Shown here one piece after another: positions 17,122-20,000 of a stretch of 20,000 nucleotides of DNA (within the stretch, counting starts at the first letter, position 1; each line of letters opens with the position of its first letter). The notes beneath the pieces were generated by a model. The model did no database searches. It worked only from the letters and a program-made list of their open reading frames with translations, and was not told the DNA's origin. This DNA comes from an uncultured virus (IMG/VR IMGVR_UViG_3300010885_058768) (Duplodnaviria > Heunggongvirae > Uroviricota > Caudoviricetes): the IMG/VR virus record IMGVR_UViG_3300010885_058768, positions 57,289 to 77,288 of that record, one strand, 5' to 3'. The translations under genes were made by a program, and so were the position numbers.

Positions 17122-17469
17122 ATGGAAGCAATGAAAAGAGAATCTCGCATAGGTGAGTCTCTGTGGCAGGAGTGGACCGGAGACGGCTACGAATCTGCTA
17201 ACGAAAATGCCGTCGTGTTCTTTACAGAGGAGCACGTCGACGTCGAAATTGACGTAGTGCAACGCGCACTTGCTTCCGCTTTACAGCGAGACGGCTCTGT
17301 CTCCTCTCTCGGACAGGGCTACAAGGCGATTGAAGACGCCATAATCACGCAAGGATACGCTGGACAGGTTGACGGAGAACCGGACCTAACTCTATGCGAT
17401 GACCAGGGAGAAACCAGGTATGGAGACTGCGTTGAAAGCGTAGTTGCCGTCACCTGGGTAGAGGTGTAA
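17122..17469 (+). CDS. Acidic hypothetical protein
   Basis: 115-aa ORF abutting whiB; the start may be the ATG at 17131. Confidence 0.7.
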   Translation: MEAMKRESRIGESLWQEWTGDGYESANENAVVFFTEEHVDVEIDVVQRALASALQRDGSVSSLGQGYKAIEDAIITQGYAGQVDGEPDLTLCDDQGETRYGDCVESVVAVTWVEV

Positions 17470-17470
17470 G

Positions 17471-17980
17471 TTGACAAAAAATAACGACATGTCTTGGCAA
17501 AAAGACGGAGTCTGCGCTAGACCAGAAAACAAGGGTAAAGAGACGTTCTTCTTCTCAAGTAAGACGGACGAAAAATACCAGGCAAAGAACATGTGCTTCT
17601 CCTGCCCTGTAAGACGAGACTGTGTCAAGTTCGCTCTCGAGACAAAACAAATCTGGGGTATCTGGGGTGGAAAAGACGAAGGAGAAATCCGCAGGACTCT
17701 TTCTGTGTCCTGGAACGGTCAGGAATCAAGAAGACAGAGACCGCCTCAATGTCCTTATTGCAACGCAAGAACTAGTAAGTTGCAGACTATAGTGGCTGAC
17801 GTTCCCGGCGGTGGGCGATGGACCACGATGAAACTTGTAAATTGCACTGAGTGTGACTTTACTTGGAGAAGTAGAACTAGTGCTAACGCTGTAGAGACTT
17901 ATCACATTCAAAGAAGCGAAAAACTCGCAAAGAGCGAAGAAGAAAAGAAAGCTAAGAAGCCTAAAGCTTTACCGGAATAA
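17471..17980 (+). CDS. whiB: WhiB-family Fe-S transcription factor with C-terminal zinc ribbon and basic tail
   Basis: WQKDGVC...FF...AKNMCFSCPVRRDC..FAL....WGIWGG, then CPYC-x25-CTEC and a Lys-rich end. Confidence 0.9.
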   Translation: MTKNNDMSWQKDGVCARPENKGKETFFFSSKTDEKYQAKNMCFSCPVRRDCVKFALETKQIWGIWGGKDEGEIRRTLSVSWNGQESRRQRPPQCPYCNARTSKLQTIVADVPGGGRWTTMKLVNCTECDFTWRSRTSANAVETYHIQRSEKLAKSEEEKKAKKPKALPE

Positions 17981-19148
17981 CTCGTACATATTCTCGCGGG
18001 TCAAAGTCTCCGCCAATAACCATCGTCAGTAGACCTGGCTTGGATTCTAAGCCCGCTCGGTCTCTAAACCACTCAGACCCGGGGTCAGTTGTTGGCGCCT
18101 GTACCCAGAAGCGATGGCCGATGTCCATACACTTGTAGTTGTGGAAGTGTCCTGACACCCAGACGTCTGCCATTCCAAGTGAAGTCTGTCCTGCCGCTTG
18201 AGCAGAGATGTACTTCAATGGGTCTCTTGCCTGATGTCCATGAAACAGACCAAGCATGCAGCCGTCTATGTCTACTGTTAGAGTTTGGTGACCTGACGAT
18301 GGGTAGCGAAACTCAATGTGTTGCAGCGCTGGATTCTCTGCGCAGGCGTCTTGGACTGCCGCTGCAATCTCAACGTTCCAGCCGTCTGCCGGGTCAGCCG
18401 CAACTAGCCTAGTGGCTTCATCGTGATTGCCGTTTACAACGGGTATGACCATTCGTTCCGCTAGCGGAGCAAGAGCCTTGACCTGTGCCATAAGCAAGCG
18501 TCTTGCAACGCGAACCTGCTCAGTTAGTCCTAGGTCAGAAGCTGCCTGCCCTTGAAGTCTTCCACCTTGAGAAACGTTTCCTTCGACGTGGTCTCCAGGT
18601 AAGCCTAGAACTATTGTTCCTAGATTTAATCCCATGCGAGTTAGCGCCTGATAGTGAGCAACGCTTCCCTCGGTTAGATGAAGGATTCTTTCAATGGACT
18701 GCTGAGTTCCTTGGCCGTTAGCTTTCTTACCGATTTGCTGGTCGCTTGGAAATACTGAATAAGCGCCTTGTCCGGTGTTTGGCTTAATTCCTTTTTCTGG
18801 GCGCCACTTTTTAATTTCGTCTATAAGCTGTTCGGCGTCAAGTCTATTGTCGTTTGAGTAGCCGGCTGGAGCCAGGTTTACTCTAAGTGACTCTAAAAAC
18901 TCTCCATCATACTTCTGCCACTTGCCTCTTCTCATCGAGGTAATCACCCAGTCGTTTGGGTTTAGGCCAAAATCTTCTAGCACTGCTCTTGCGTCCTGCA
19001 GCTCACTCGCTGGGCGAGGAGTTGAGATTACGTATCCACCTCGCTGGTCGTCAAGGTCCATGCGAGCACGCCAGTCTTCTGGCACGTTCAACGACTTGTA
19101 GTCTGAACCAGAGTTTCCTGGACTAGATAAACTTTCAAAAAGACCCAT
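17961..19148 (-). CDS. Calcineurin-like metallophosphoesterase (Mre11/SbcD-like)
   Basis: SDQQIGK, GDHVEG, GNHDE, FHGH and GHFH motifs. Confidence 0.85.
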   Translation of the reverse strand: MGLFESLSSPGNSGSDYKSLNVPEDWRARMDLDDQRGGYVISTPRPASELQDARAVLEDFGLNPNDWVITSMRRGKWQKYDGEFLESLRVNLAPAGYSNDNRLDAEQLIDEIKKWRPEKGIKPNTGQGAYSVFPSDQQIGKKANGQGTQQSIERILHLTEGSVAHYQALTRMGLNLGTIVLGLPGDHVEGNVSQGGRLQGQAASDLGLTEQVRVARRLLMAQVKALAPLAERMVIPVVNGNHDEATRLVAADPADGWNVEIAAAVQDACAENPALQHIEFRYPSSGHQTLTVDIDGCMLGLFHGHQARDPLKYISAQAAGQTSLGMADVWVSGHFHNYKCMDIGHRFWVQAPTTDPGSEWFRDRAGLESKPGLLTMVIGGDFDPREYVRVIPVKL

Positions 19149-19152
19149 GTCG

Positions 19153-19437
19153 CTATCCTTGCTTTTCCGGTGAGTAGCAACCGCAGACAGTTCTGCGATG
19201 GCGATCGATCATTGTTGTTGAGACGTGAATGCCTTCGTCTCGGAGAGCTATGACTATGTTCGCAGACGTGACCCTGCCCGGGTGACCTTTTGGAGATTCA
19301 ACGGCTTCCTTGAGTCGTTGCTGGTCGTTGCTCTGTAGCCGCTCGTCTTCAAACGCCTTGGCTATTGTGCACTTGCGAGTGCTCCTAGTTGGAACGCTGT
19401 CAGCACCGCCGCTCTTGAGTCGCTCACTAAACGACAT
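19153..19437 (-). CDS. Small protein, probable HTH plus Cys/His Zn site
   Basis: KCTI...SANIVIALRDEGIHVSTTMIDRHRRTVCGC; AGGA RBS; sits 4 nt upstream of the phosphoesterase. Confidence 0.7.
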   Translation of the reverse strand: MSFSERLKSGGADSVPTRSTRKCTIAKAFEDERLQSNDQQRLKEAVESPKGHPGRVTSANIVIALRDEGIHVSTTMIDRHRRTVCGCYSPEKQG

Positions 19438-19536
19438 GTTGGTTCCTGTCTATCTGGGGCTTTGTACCCGTTTAGACAATTGTATACCTTGGAAAGTAAA
19501 ATAACTATGCCACGAGGAGCATAATAATTGGAGCAG

Positions 19537-19854
19537 CTATTTGCGCTTTTTTGCTACAGGCTTGTCTGAAGCCACCATGGCGACAAGAATCTCCTTGACC
19601 AATTTGATTTCCACTGATGTCTCGCGGCTGCAGGCTTCGATGTTGTTTACCCTGTCTGCCAATGAGGTTCCACCGTTTTCCCAGAGCTGATGCTCGACTC
19701 TGTCTAATCTGTCGGCTATAGTTCGTCCTTGCTCGTCTTTTCCAATTGCATCTGAGACCTTGCGGGCTACGTTGTATATCGCTATTAGCGCTCCAACTAT
19801 CACACCGATAGCTGTAATAACGGCGGAAATCATGAAAATACTATCGAACTGCAT
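19537..19854 (-). CDS. Single-TM membrane protein with coiled coil (holin-like / lysis-associated candidate)
   Basis: N-terminal hydrophobic helix, RLDRVEHQLWENGGTSLADRVNNIE, basic C-terminus KKRK. Confidence 0.7.
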   Translation of the reverse strand: MQFDSIFMISAVITAIGVIVGALIAIYNVARKVSDAIGKDEQGRTIADRLDRVEHQLWENGGTSLADRVNNIEACSRETSVEIKLVKEILVAMVASDKPVAKKRK

Positions 19855-19888
19855 TAGGTCCTCTATCGCGTGTTTTTGGATTACCTAT

Positions 19889-19894
19889 ATTATA
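19889..19894 (-). promoter_or_regulatory. -10 element (TATAAT) for the leftward genes
   Basis: TATAAT on the - strand about 35 nt upstream of the ATG at 19854, with a GAGGA RBS. Confidence 0.45.
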
Positions 19895-20000
19895 CGGGCA
19901 GATTTAGAGGCCGTGCTCCCATATAATCTCTAAAACAGGCGAAGCTGTGCTGTGTAGGCTTAGGCAATGGATTATAGTAGACATACTGCAAACACCGCAA

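Noticed and set aside
431..19504. The many 60-107 aa ORFs nested in or antisense to long genes (e.g. 431-751, 3302-3529, 12669-12926, 18089-18412, 19310-19504)
   Set aside because: They overlap well-supported genes and have no recognisable motifs or RBS; they are shadow ORFs.
1..20000. tRNA, rRNA, integrase, transposase, intron or intein
   Set aside because: No such signatures seen; the polymerase and helicase have normal lengths and intergenic gaps are short.

Overview
This 20-kb window is part of a tailed dsDNA phage, most likely infecting an actinobacterium (WhiB and MSMEG_6728-family genes; GC is near 50% by eye, low for an actinophage). It opens with the 3' part of a tail fibre that ends in an intramolecular chaperone. 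A tightly coupled + strand block follows, with replication and recombination genes (family A DNA polymerase, RuvC-like resolvase, SNF2 helicase, Cas4-like exonuclease, Sak4-like ATPase, SSB). That block is flanked by what looks like a complete pyrimidine hypermodification pathway: a dNMP kinase fused to a uracil-DNA-glycosylase-like domain, a thymidylate-synthase-family enzyme with the dCMP-specific Asp (dCMP hydroxymethylase type), a dCMP deaminase, two tandem paralogous GT-B glycosyltransferases resembling T4 beta-glucosyltransferase, an all-alpha dCTPase/dUTPase, a DUF6378 protein and a DenV-like glycosylase. The window ends with a WhiB/zinc-ribbon fusion and three - strand genes (metallophosphoesterase, small Cys/His protein, membrane protein). 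GATC is strongly depleted, and all seven sites I found overlap a CpG. All family calls come from motif recognition by eye, not database searches.
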